From the sequence record MH752840.1: DNA of 64,000 bases, one strand, 5' to 3'. The notes beneath the pieces were generated by a model that saw nothing but the letters and a program-made list of their open reading frames with translations, was not told the origin of the DNA and ran no database searches. The stretch's first letter is position 1. Each line of letters starts with the position of its first letter. A program made the translations under genes and the position numbers. This document shows positions 1-8,358 of the stretch, piece by piece. Source of the stretch: Escherichia phage vB_EcoM-Pr121LW.

Positions 1-228
1 AAGTGCAGCATTTTCTTGGGCACACGTTTTAACGGTTTTTAGATCAGAGCTTTCAGCTTTAGGTAGATTAAGCTCCCACCAACCCAACCAGTAAAGCTCT
101 GATTCCGACAGCTGCTCAGATTCAGACTTCCGATACAAGGCTTGCATACCTCTGATGATATCGTCCAAAGGTGTATCGAATACAAAAGCTGTCTTATCAA
201 ATTTCTCTTTTACAGGTTTCTTAGCCAT
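1..228 (-). CDS. hypothetical protein, partial (3' end lies beyond window start)
   Basis: Minus-strand ATG at 228-226 overlaps the stop of the upstream gene (ATGGCTAA); frame stays open to position 1. Confidence 0.3.
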   Translation of the reverse strand, partial: MAKKPVKEKFDKTAFVFDTPLDDIIRGMQALYRKSESEQLSESELYWLGWWELNLPKAESSDLKTVKTCAQENAAL

Positions 229-685
229 CAAGGTAACCCTCTATCCACGAAAAGTCAGTCTTCCATTCTGGAACTTTACTAAGCTCACGCCACTCTGCAA
301 AGCAGTCTCGGTAATAGGCCTCCGCCATACCCTTGGTGATCTTATTCACCTTAGCTAACTGACTAACTGCCTGAGCATACTTCCCACGGATATTTGCTAA
401 ACCAGGATGCACCGATGTGTGACAATCCGGGCACAACGCTATCAGTCCGACAAGCCGGATCACTCCCTCTTCGAAAGTGTAAAGTTCATGACACTCAACT
501 GGATGTTTGCTGCCTTTACCTCCGCACACCTCGCAAGTGTAGTTTGCTTCTCTGTAGCACTTCTTACGGATCTTATCCCACTCACTCTTCTTCACAGCGT
601 TTCGGAGGTTATTATACCAAGCTGTTTCTGGGATCAGTTGCACAATAAGCCTGCGTTCAGACTTCATTAAACGTCCGTCTTCCAC
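221..685 (-). CDS. HNH-like zinc-binding nuclease-family protein
   Basis: 154-aa ORF with paired Cys/His motifs (CEVCGG ... ECHELY ... CPDCH) typical of HNH/zinc-ribbon nucleases. Confidence 0.4.
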   Translation of the reverse strand: MEDGRLMKSERRLIVQLIPETAWYNNLRNAVKKSEWDKIRKKCYREANYTCEVCGGKGSKHPVECHELYTFEEGVIRLVGLIALCPDCHTSVHPGLANIRGKYAQAVSQLAKVNKITKGMAEAYYRDCFAEWRELSKVPEWKTDFSWIEGYLDG

Positions 686-694
686 GTATTCTCC

Positions 695-901
695 TCATTC
701 AAAGAAATGGGTGCGAGGACAAGATCCAGCCTCGCCTTGTTTCACAAGCTCGTAGAGCTCACCTTGACTTGTCTCATAAAGGCAAATACGTTTACCATTG
801 TCCCGATATACATCGACAAGATACGCTGTTTCACCTGCAAACACGACACCACAGGCCAGACATGCTGCCATGAACAAAATTGCCAACAGAAAATCTTTCA
901 T
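695..901 (-). CDS. small secreted protein or lipoprotein
   Basis: 68-aa ORF with AGGAGGG RBS; N-terminal signal peptide LLAILFMAACLAC with possible lipobox Cys; chosen over the overlapping plus-strand ORF 707-907. Confidence 0.45.
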   Translation of the reverse strand: MKDFLLAILFMAACLACGVVFAGETAYLVDVYRDNGKRICLYETSQGELYELVKQGEAGSCPRTHFFE

Positions 902-964
902 GGTTAAGCCCTCCTAAACATTTTATGAGGTAACAATACCACGTCCGTGTGGTTATGTCAATGA

Positions 965-1435
965 TCAATCAAGGACAACACCGCCTGCCTTTTTAAACAC
1001 CTCGATCAACTTCTCGATCTTCTGTTCATGCTGACCATATCCAGCACCAGGTAACGAAGCCCAGCGGGAACGGCATTTATGGATAGCCTCGTGGATACGC
1101 CCTTCGTCAATGTCGGCGAGAGCCTTGCACTCACGGATAAGTTGCAACGCAATCTTGTCCTGACTGGCAGGGCCAAAATCTGGCAATCCTAACTGTTCCA
1201 TGTAGTGTTTAGCAAACTTCTCCAAAACCTGGTAACGACCAGCAGCGGAGGAGGTAAGTTTAGCATTTAGCTTAACGTACACACCTGGATGCTTGCTGTA
1301 ATCGCTAAACAGCTTGCCACCAACTATGACATCGTATCCACGATCCTTAGTGGGTTGCCTACCATTATCTGTGCCTTCCGAATATGCGATCATATCCAAG
1401 AAAGCTTTTCGTTGAACATTTTTATCAAGTTTCAT
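965..1435 (-). CDS. endolysin, lambda R-like lytic transglycosylase
   Basis: 156 aa; near-colinear match to lambda R as I recall it (QRKAFLDMIAYSEGTDNGRQ, GYDVIVGG, RWASLPGAGYGQ). Confidence 0.85.
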   Translation of the reverse strand: MKLDKNVQRKAFLDMIAYSEGTDNGRQPTKDRGYDVIVGGKLFSDYSKHPGVYVKLNAKLTSSAAGRYQVLEKFAKHYMEQLGLPDFGPASQDKIALQLIRECKALADIDEGRIHEAIHKCRSRWASLPGAGYGQHEQKIEKLIEVFKKAGGVVLD

Positions 1436-1558
1436 TTTTCATACTCTCCAGTTTACTCATAACTAACACGATCAACAACACTACACAGTGTGGTTATGTA
1501 TGTGCCGATTGAAAACCATCATTCAATTGGCTACCGTTACCTACTGAACCTTCCTACA

Positions 1559-2842
1559 TCATTCAAGCACCTCCCAAGTGTCTGGGTTAACATTTCGGAC
1601 GCAGATACCGACAGGGAATTGGTAGTTGTTGTCTTCTGTCCTTGCTTGGTATTTGAAGGTGACAAACTTGCCGATCATTTCCTGCATCCTGTCATAGCTA
1701 CGCTCCTCGTGCGTGCCTTTCATCTTCATTTTAACAACAACACCTTCCTTGTCAACACAGATAAGAACACCTTCATCATTCTTATCTTTCTCAACGTCAA
1801 TAACTTTCACCTCTGCGTCGTTGAACTTTTTCCATTTCAATGCTTCAGATGTTCGCTGACCGTACTCGTATTTACCGCAGAAATTACGCATGATAGTACC
1901 TTCATATCCTTCGGACATGAATATACCAACAGATTCTTCGCAATGATCAACTGTGTACGCAAGCTCTGCGTCAACAACCTTGATATGATCAAGCATCAGA
2001 GTGGTAACGGTATCCTCTGCATCCATAAGATCCTTGCAGCGTCCAGACTCTGTTTCTGGATCCCACCACACCTTGTCGCTAGGAATATCAAAAATGTGAT
2101 ACTCCAGATCGTAGCTACAGTACCCACCGTAACGCAAATCATCACGAACAGGCTCAACATCGACAGGAATATCTACCTTGTTGAAGTTTTTGTATGTTGA
2201 TAAGCCTGCCTTAATTGCGGCATGACGGCGTTTTTTATCTGCCTCATAGTCTTTATCGATCTCGGCCTGAATCTCTTCCTGTGTGCGCCACCGTTTAGCA
2301 AGAGACACTATTTTCTGCAAAGGAAGACCATGAATGTATAGTTCCCCATCAAGTTGTTTAATACCAGTGGTAGAATGGAAAGAACGAAGTTGCTCTAAAA
2401 GCTTTCCTTGAATAGGGTAGGACTTATTACCACGGGAAATAAATTTAGGCTCACCATTTTGGAAAACAACAAGCAGACGAAGGCCATCTAACTTACGCAA
2501 GATCCAGCAAGGTAATTTAAGTGCCTTGCCACGCTTCAGGTAGTCATGCACCAGCATGGGTAAAAGGTCAACACCCTGCTCGCAATCTTCCATGTTTTCA
2601 ACATACCCCAGACGGACTTGTTTTTCCCACTTGCTGATAGCCTCAAGCTCGGCCTGTTGCTCAGCTGTAGTCTCATTGGCACGACCTACGTTCTTAGGTG
2701 TGCATACCGTCTCTTTGTACTGCAATTTACCGTCAAGCTTGCCAAACTCTACGATAACCTTTTCGCCATCAGTGAATACTTTCCACTGTTGGTAGCTGCC
2801 ATCTTTGTTCAGTGCGTACAGTGTTGTTTTGATTTGATGCAT
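1559..2842 (-). CDS. ATP-dependent DNA ligase
   Basis: 427 aa; nucleotidyltransferase motif I KxDG (LRKLDGLR); size and motif order fit the phage ATP-ligase family. Confidence 0.75.
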   Translation of the reverse strand: MHQIKTTLYALNKDGSYQQWKVFTDGEKVIVEFGKLDGKLQYKETVCTPKNVGRANETTAEQQAELEAISKWEKQVRLGYVENMEDCEQGVDLLPMLVHDYLKRGKALKLPCWILRKLDGLRLLVVFQNGEPKFISRGNKSYPIQGKLLEQLRSFHSTTGIKQLDGELYIHGLPLQKIVSLAKRWRTQEEIQAEIDKDYEADKKRRHAAIKAGLSTYKNFNKVDIPVDVEPVRDDLRYGGYCSYDLEYHIFDIPSDKVWWDPETESGRCKDLMDAEDTVTTLMLDHIKVVDAELAYTVDHCEESVGIFMSEGYEGTIMRNFCGKYEYGQRTSEALKWKKFNDAEVKVIDVEKDKNDEGVLICVDKEGVVVKMKMKGTHEERSYDRMQEMIGKFVTFKYQARTEDNNYQFPVGICVRNVNPDTWEVLE

Positions 2843-3111
2843 TACTCGGCCTCTTCCTTAAAAATTTTAAACATCTCTTCTTTACTCATTACCAACCAGT
2901 CTCCCATAAAGTCAACTAGCCAATCCCCCTGGTACAAGACAAGGTTACCAAAAGGCTCGACAAGCTCACACATGCGACGAAGATCTCTGGTCCGAACAGG
3001 TGACGATGTAAACACACCTGTATCAATCCACCGTTGCAGATCAGATACTGATGAAGAGCTTCCGTCAAACTGGTGGGCTTCTACAGGTTTAGCAAGATTA
3101 AATAACGGCAT
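2842..3111 (-). CDS. hypothetical protein
   Basis: 89-aa ORF, start overlaps stop of upstream gene, co-oriented in operon. Confidence 0.4.
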   Translation of the reverse strand: MPLFNLAKPVEAHQFDGSSSSVSDLQRWIDTGVFTSSPVRTRDLRRMCELVEPFGNLVLYQGDWLVDFMGDWLVMSKEEMFKIFKEEAE

Positions 3112-3406
3112 TGCAGTCCTCCTTCTGTAGTAGGTCTTTTATAGGATAAACAAGTAAGTGTGGATCGGAATAACGTATAGTCTTATTCTGCCACACTATG
3201 AACTTTATTACAACCAAATTTACAATATCTTTATCACCATGTAGCCCAACACACACATTTGTCCATATTTTGTGGTTGAAGATCTTGCTATCGATGTAGA
3301 TTTTAGTGTCAAACTTATCTTCCATTCTACCTATAAGTTTGATCAGCTCCTTCATCTGGTCGCCAAACACAGCATCTTTTTCAAGATCTCTGGAATGCTT
3401 GTACAT
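3098..3406 (-). CDS. hypothetical protein
   Basis: 102-aa ORF co-oriented in the minus-strand block. Confidence 0.4.
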   Translation of the reverse strand: MYKHSRDLEKDAVFGDQMKELIKLIGRMEDKFDTKIYIDSKIFNHKIWTNVCVGLHGDKDIVNLVVIKFIVWQNKTIRYSDPHLLVYPIKDLLQKEDCNAVI

Positions 3407-3468
3407 AACTAACTACCTCGCTGCATACTTTCCATAATAAGTAAAGCCGGGATTACCCGGCTATGTTG

Positions 3469-4182
3469 TCAAATAGACTCTGTTACATCCTTGAAGCTCG
3501 AAGGCTTCATGATCTTACCTTTACTGTCAAGGAATATGATAACTTTATTACCGTTGTAGAACTCTTCCTTAGCAACAAAACCTTCGTAGCGACCACCAAA
3601 ACGACGCTCAAGATCTTTAATCTCCAACTCGATGAGTTGTTCAGCAGGCATATCTGCACTGGCACCGTGTGAATGCCGTAGATGGTTGATCCGTGCAAAC
3701 TTACTGTCATTAGATTTGAGAACCTTCCGCATCATCCCACACACATCGCCGCGAAGCTGGAACAGCAAAGCTGTTGACAACTCCGCTAAGCGGTAAGCTG
3801 ACGCTCTTTGCTTGGATGTGTTTTTCGCAGCGATCAGTGTATCATAGAACTCACCAATCTTGAACTTAAGACCTCGTGGATTATCAAACAGGTTTGACCA
3901 CTTTTCGTGATTGTCATTAACAAGATAGGCGGCATAACTTGTGACAACGTGAAGATCGCAGGCCTCTTTTAACAGGTGATCTCCACCATCACCTTTCTCC
4001 AGCTCTTCCAAAACCTCATTGAACTCTTCCTCAATGAAGCTAAGCTGTAATTCGAATGGTGTGTATGATTTTTTCACTTTAGCTGCCACACGGTTCCAGT
4101 TTTCCACCCAGTTGGCAGACCAAAGGTAGTTTTCAGGCTGAGACAGTTTTTCCAGGTTGTCGATCAGTTTAGTATTCAGCAT
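3469..4182 (-). CDS. MazG-like nucleotide pyrophosphohydrolase domain protein
   Basis: 237 aa; acidic EExxE ... ExxD helix motif (FIEEEFNEVLEELEKGDGGDHLLKEACDLH) resembling all-alpha NTP pyrophosphatases. Confidence 0.4.
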   Translation of the reverse strand: MLNTKLIDNLEKLSQPENYLWSANWVENWNRVAAKVKKSYTPFELQLSFIEEEFNEVLEELEKGDGGDHLLKEACDLHVVTSYAAYLVNDNHEKWSNLFDNPRGLKFKIGEFYDTLIAAKNTSKQRASAYRLAELSTALLFQLRGDVCGMMRKVLKSNDSKFARINHLRHSHGASADMPAEQLIELEIKDLERRFGGRYEGFVAKEEFYNGNKVIIFLDSKGKIMKPSSFKDVTESI

Positions 4183-4195
4183 TAAAGGTCTCCTT

Positions 4196-4957
4196 TTAAA
4201 GTTCCATAAAGTTTTCTACAGTTTCAATAAATGCTTTATCAGAGAAAGCGTCAACAGCACCGTTAAACCATACAGGGATCCCGCGATCCTCATATTGATA
4301 AAGGTCGCTACGTGAAATGCCACTTCCATCTGCACTCTGCGAGTCATACTTGTTTACAATCAGCAGTTTTGTGCCTTTACAAGTAGCAGGAAACAATTCC
4401 CAGTTAAAATTAATAACTGTGTTAGAACAACCTACCAGGATCACCATATCATTGCTTGTGAGAGATGTCAACAGGTCATACATGTCTGTATACTTAGGAG
4501 CAACCTCACCGAAGAACACTACATTAGGCTTAACCCAGGTATACTTGCCTGTATCTACCTCCGTATATCCGATATTTTTAATTACATCGTTACCTTCAGC
4601 ATCTTCGTAGGTGATTTCAGGCAAATACCCGTGGACATGTAAAATATCTTCATGTTTTACACCAGCACGCTCCAGCAAATCATCTACATTGGTGGTAAGG
4701 TTGATCACACGACCAGACCAGCGGGAATACCACTCAGCGATCCGAAGATGTGCAAGGTTAGGATCAACACTGCCCAGAGCTACACGACGTGCATTGTAAA
4801 AGTCATGCACCTTATAGTAGTTCTTGGCAAAGGTGTGGATGTTGCACACCTCATCGATGCTGAAATTCTCCCACATTGCAGTGCTACCAGATCGGAAAGT
4901 GGGAATACCAGATTCAGCGCTCAAACCGGCACCGGAGATAATAATCAGTCGTCGCAT
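4196..4957 (-). CDS. Sir2-family NAD-dependent protein (sirtuin-like)
   Basis: 253 aa; GAGLSAESGIPTFR, TTNVDDL..AG, HVHG and VVFFGE motifs; no CxxC zinc-ribbon pairs seen after the HG motif. Confidence 0.8.
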   Translation of the reverse strand: MRRLIIISGAGLSAESGIPTFRSGSTAMWENFSIDEVCNIHTFAKNYYKVHDFYNARRVALGSVDPNLAHLRIAEWYSRWSGRVINLTTNVDDLLERAGVKHEDILHVHGYLPEITYEDAEGNDVIKNIGYTEVDTGKYTWVKPNVVFFGEVAPKYTDMYDLLTSLTSNDMVILVGCSNTVINFNWELFPATCKGTKLLIVNKYDSQSADGSGISRSDLYQYEDRGIPVWFNGAVDAFSDKAFIETVENFMEL

Positions 4958-4965
4958 AAGTGTCC

Positions 4966-5316
4966 TCAGTAGATGTTTTGTTTAATCTCTATTCCAAACT
5001 TCTTGAATGAGTCAGCAGCAAGCATAAATTTACGAGCTGCCGATGGATTAGAAGTATGTACGAAAATCTTCACGTTGTCAATCACTGGAGGCTTACCGAA
5101 TACAAATTTTTCCTCCAACATGGATAGGCAATCGTATCCTTCGAATACTTCTCCTAGGTCGTTGTCCATATGCCACTCAGAAACGCGTCTGTAGAGCTTT
5201 CCCTTATCGTTAATAAAATCCATAAACTCTGAGGAATTCTTCAGCCAAATAGCGTCTGGGAGTCCATAATTTGACGGATCTCTCAAATCATCCAGCCACA
5301 CAATCCACTTCTTCAT
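4966..5316 (-). CDS. hypothetical protein (possible RNA-repair-associated small domain)
   Basis: 116-aa ORF between the Sir2 and RNA ligase genes, overlapping the ligase stop; function inferred from context only. Confidence 0.4.
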   Translation of the reverse strand: MKKWIVWLDDLRDPSNYGLPDAIWLKNSSEFMDFINDKGKLYRRVSEWHMDNDLGEVFEGYDCLSMLEEKFVFGKPPVIDNVKIFVHTSNPSAARKFMLAADSFKKFGIEIKQNIY

Positions 5317-6248
5317 TGCATATAGTCCTCGTTGTGGAAATAGTAGTCCAGTATCTCACGACGCTCCTGCTCTAATAAGCAATTCCACACATCTTCTGTA
5401 TAGTTGCTACGAATAAATTTTACCATACCGTAAAACTCTTCGTCAACACGTTTAAAGATATCATCATCCCAAATCTTCCAAGCTTTACCCCTCATTACTG
5501 CCTTCCGTGCCAGATAGTATGGAGACTTGATCTTCAGCTGCAGATCATAAGGGTAGTAAGGCTTACGAATCATATACCCTTCACCTCTTGTTTCTGCAGC
5601 TAATTCTTTTGCATAGCTGAACGGAATTTCACGCACAGTGTGAGGACGTTTTGCACCAAGGTATTTGGCAATCCCATCTAAAGCTGCTTCTGGTAGCATT
5701 ATTCCAGAATCATTATATCTGCAACCTATCAAATATGCGCCATGATCTTCCTGAACAATATGCGGATCTGAAGGGTGGCAAATTTCAAACATGAATGTCA
5801 TGTTTTCATTGCCCATAACCTTCTTGATAAGATCTAAATTACCACATTGCTCCTTGATGGTTTCTTTTGCGAGGTTACAATATGGGGAATCAAGAGACCC
5901 GGTTGTTGAGAACAATAGTTCACCTTTATGAGATGATACCACACCGAGGAATCCGTTCTTTTTCTCTACCGCAGTAACAAGTTTACTGTCCGGTAGGTTG
6001 GTGGAGTTTTCTCCTAAGTTGAATACTTTTGTGAAAGGCCATGCCACAACATTCCCCTCATTGCCAACAACAATACCTCGGCACTCCAGTAAACGCGGAG
6101 ACAAATGCCACAGATCGTTGTAGAATACTTTTCTGGCATATTTATAGATCTTTAATCCAAGATCTGGATAATACCGACTGGTTACAAGACCTTTGTCTAC
6201 TAGGTCATCTGCATTAAAATACTTCATCATACGTTCCTCATTTGTCAT
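5313..6248 (-). CDS. RNA ligase 1 (T4 RnlA-like)
   Basis: 311 aa; LSPRLLECRGIVV and FTKVFNLGEN match T4 Rnl1 N-terminal motifs as I recall them; KxNG motif I (EKKNGFLG). Confidence 0.8.
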   Translation of the reverse strand: MTNEERMMKYFNADDLVDKGLVTSRYYPDLGLKIYKYARKVFYNDLWHLSPRLLECRGIVVGNEGNVVAWPFTKVFNLGENSTNLPDSKLVTAVEKKNGFLGVVSSHKGELLFSTTGSLDSPYCNLAKETIKEQCGNLDLIKKVMGNENMTFMFEICHPSDPHIVQEDHGAYLIGCRYNDSGIMLPEAALDGIAKYLGAKRPHTVREIPFSYAKELAAETRGEGYMIRKPYYPYDLQLKIKSPYYLARKAVMRGKAWKIWDDDIFKRVDEEFYGMVKFIRSNYTEDVWNCLLEQERREILDYYFHNEDYMQ

Positions 6249-6291
6249 TTTGTCAGTCTATCCTGCCACACAAATAACCTAGTGTCAACAC

Positions 6292-6320
6292 TTGAAATTA
6301 ACAAAACAGTTAGGTATACT
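6292..6320 (+). promoter_or_regulatory. sigma70-like promoter (TTGAAA-N17-TATACT)
   Basis: Consensus-like -35/-10 hexamers with 17-nt spacer upstream of the kinase gene. Confidence 0.45.
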
Positions 6321-6348
6321 ATCATTAAAATTAAAACGGAGGATTGCT

Positions 6349-6759
6349 ATGTCTAAAATGCTATATATCGTGCGTGGTCTGCCAGGGTCTGGCAAATCAA
6401 CACTGGCAAATGCGCTATCTTTAGAAGGTCTGTATCCACATTTTGAGAATGACATGTTTTGGTATGACGATGACGGCAATTACAACTGGGATGCAAGTAA
6501 AGTAACACTCGCAGCAAAATGGTGCAAAGATAACGTAGAAGATATGATGCGTATGGGATACGACCGTATCGTGGTAAGTAATACGTTTACAAAAGAAAAA
6601 CATGTGCAGGAATATGTTGACATGGCAATCAGTCATGGGTATAGTTATACCGTAATCGTGGTTGAAAACCGCCACGGTAATAAAAGCATTCATGATGTTC
6701 CAGACAAGGTTGTGGATCGTATGGAACGCCAGCTTAAAAACTGCATTAAACTTAAATGA
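6349..6759 (+). CDS. P-loop polynucleotide kinase-like protein
   Basis: Walker A GLPGSGKST near the N-terminus; start moved to the ATG at 6349 behind a GGAGG RBS. Confidence 0.6.
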   Translation: MSKMLYIVRGLPGSGKSTLANALSLEGLYPHFENDMFWYDDDGNYNWDASKVTLAAKWCKDNVEDMMRMGYDRIVVSNTFTKEKHVQEYVDMAISHGYSYTVIVVENRHGNKSIHDVPDKVVDRMERQLKNCIKLK

Positions 6760-6766
6760 GGAATGT

Positions 6767-7321
6767 ATGAAATACTTTGTAACAAGCGATACGCACTTTC
6801 TCCACCAGCGGGTCATGGAGTTTGATTCATGTCAAAAACACAGATCTCAATATGATCACAATCTTGACAGTATGAATGCGGGAATCATCACCGAGTGGAA
6901 CTCCGTTGTGTCACCTGCAGACACTGTGTTCCACCTGGGAGATATTGCGTGCACTAATGATAAGAATATCAACAACTTACTTCCAGATATTCTAAATATG
7001 TTGAACGGACATATTATTCTTGTTCGTGGCAACCATGACACAAGGACGACTGTCAGAATTATGAAAGAGTTCGGTCATGAGGTTGTAGATTATTACGAGC
7101 TTCGCCACAACAAGAATTTGATCTGTATGAGCCATTACCAGTTTGCAAAGTGGAACAGAAAGCCTCACGGATCAGTCCAACTGTTCGGTCATGCTCACGG
7201 AACCACACAACAGTTGTTTGGCAGGCAGCTTGATGTCGGTTGGGATGTGTGGGGGAGACTCTTACCATTAGAAGAGGCATACCGTATTGCAATGAGTTTT
7301 GATATTGACAGCAGGGAGTAA
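6767..7321 (+). CDS. calcineurin-like metallophosphoesterase
   Basis: VTSDTHF, HLGDIAC, GNHD and GHAH motifs; start moved to the ATG at 6767 behind a GAGGA RBS. Confidence 0.7.
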   Translation: MKYFVTSDTHFLHQRVMEFDSCQKHRSQYDHNLDSMNAGIITEWNSVVSPADTVFHLGDIACTNDKNINNLLPDILNMLNGHIILVRGNHDTRTTVRIMKEFGHEVVDYYELRHNKNLICMSHYQFAKWNRKPHGSVQLFGHAHGTTQQLFGRQLDVGWDVWGRLLPLEEAYRIAMSFDIDSRE

Positions 7322-7368
7322 TCCCTGCTATTTTAAAGAAAATTGCCACACAAGGAGAATCAGGAGAT

Positions 7369-7719
7369 ATGAAAGATGGGGATAAGCTGCTATATCTTAA
7401 AGTCCCCCTTGAAATACTATCTATGTCAAAAGTTTTGAATGACACAACTGGGGAGGTTGTTGTTCTTGACTTGTATGACAAGATTGTATACTGCTACCTG
7501 CACAACTGGTATAAGCTTGGAGGAAATTCCCGCTTCACACCAAGCACAAGGAAAATTGCAGCAGATGTTGGGATAAAGAAAACAAAAGCAGCAGCGTGCG
7601 TTAAAACTTTAGAATGTGCAGGAGTGGTTGAAACATCCACACAAGGGAGAGGTAAAAGATGCACATTTTCCAAAGTTTTGCCACCAGAAGAAGTTATTCG
7701 AATGTCAACAACTGGTTAG
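7369..7719 (+). CDS. HTH DNA-binding protein (candidate regulator or initiator)
   Basis: 116 aa with helix-turn-helix-like segment STRKIAADVGIKKTKAAACVKTLE; sits immediately upstream of the iteron array. Confidence 0.4.
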   Translation: MKDGDKLLYLKVPLEILSMSKVLNDTTGEVVVLDLYDKIVYCYLHNWYKLGGNSRFTPSTRKIAADVGIKKTKAAACVKTLECAGVVETSTQGRGKRCTFSKVLPPEEVIRMSTTG

Positions 7720-7794
7720 ACCAGTAAAAACTTAAATATCTGTACTATAAGGGTTTGTATGTTTTATGTTCACCATGGAACAGAAACTATTAAC

Positions 7795-7875
7795 TGTCCG
7801 TGATACGGACACCACTGTCCGTCACGCGGACACATCTGCCCGTAATACGGACACTAACTGTCCGTGATACGGACA
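7795..7875. repeat. four palindromic 17-bp sites at about 21-bp spacing
   Basis: TGTCCGTGATACGGACA at 7795-7811 and 7859-7875, variants at 7816-7832 and 7837-7853. Confidence 0.8.
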
Positions 7876-8010
7876 CATAAAGAATATAACTAAAATAACT
7901 AAATAATAAAAAATAAAAGATCTAGTACTTATGGTACTAAGTACATATACTTAACTTATGTAGAATATACTAGATCCTAAGTACCATGTTTTAAATTTAT
8001 TACTTTCTAT
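7876..8010. other. AT-rich tract with local palindromes (possible unwinding element)
   Basis: Strongly AT-rich stretch right after the iterons; contains GTACTTA ... TAAGTAC inverted repeats. Confidence 0.35.
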
Positions 8011-8013
8011 AGG

Positions 8014-8258
8014 TAGTGTCGGCCCTTCATTGGCACTCGCCTACGAGGGGCGAGATGCCGGGCCTCCATAGTGCACACATGCAGGTCTGTTAACATGTGT
8101 GGGAGCGAAGCGGCGCAGGCCAAAGGCCGAGCACTAATGTGGACCACCGACGAAAGCTTGCCAGCGCCGTAAGGAGTCGGTTGAGAGCCTCCCGCGCGAG
8201 TTTGGATAAAGTTTATGTGTGGAAACGGACAATGAGGCCCCTAAATCGCTCCACAGCC
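8014..8258 (+). ncRNA. candidate structured RNA or long structured leader
   Basis: GC-rich ORF-free segment with several perfect hairpins (CTCGCC/GGCGAG; CACACATG/CATGTGTG) in an otherwise AT-rich region. Confidence 0.25.
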
Positions 8259-8358
8259 ATATAAACTATACCAAGTAAGGCAATCGCACCAGTTTGATAG
8301 AAAAGCTCGTTACAAAGCGATACAGCGAGTTTTTCTATAACTTGAAGAGGAGGCAGCT

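Noticed and set aside
707-907. 66-aa plus-strand ORF overlapping the minus-strand lipoprotein gene
   Set aside because: The minus-strand frame has an AGGAGGG RBS and a coherent signal peptide; the plus-strand frame has neither.
1490-2200. 236-aa plus-strand ORF antisense to the DNA ligase gene
   Set aside because: Entirely inside the well-supported ligase CDS on the opposite strand, with no RBS and hydrophobic low-complexity translation; shadow ORF.
6662-6766. Upstream extension of the phosphoesterase ORF (track start 6662)
   Set aside because: The extension overlaps the kinase gene in another frame and lacks an RBS; ATG 6767 follows GAGGA and starts at the conserved metallophosphoesterase N-terminus.
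7795-7875. Possible CRISPR array (repeated about 20-bp units)
   Set aside because: Only four units, each itself palindromic, with about 4-bp gaps instead of unique spacers of about 30 bp, and no cas genes; fits protein-binding iterons better.
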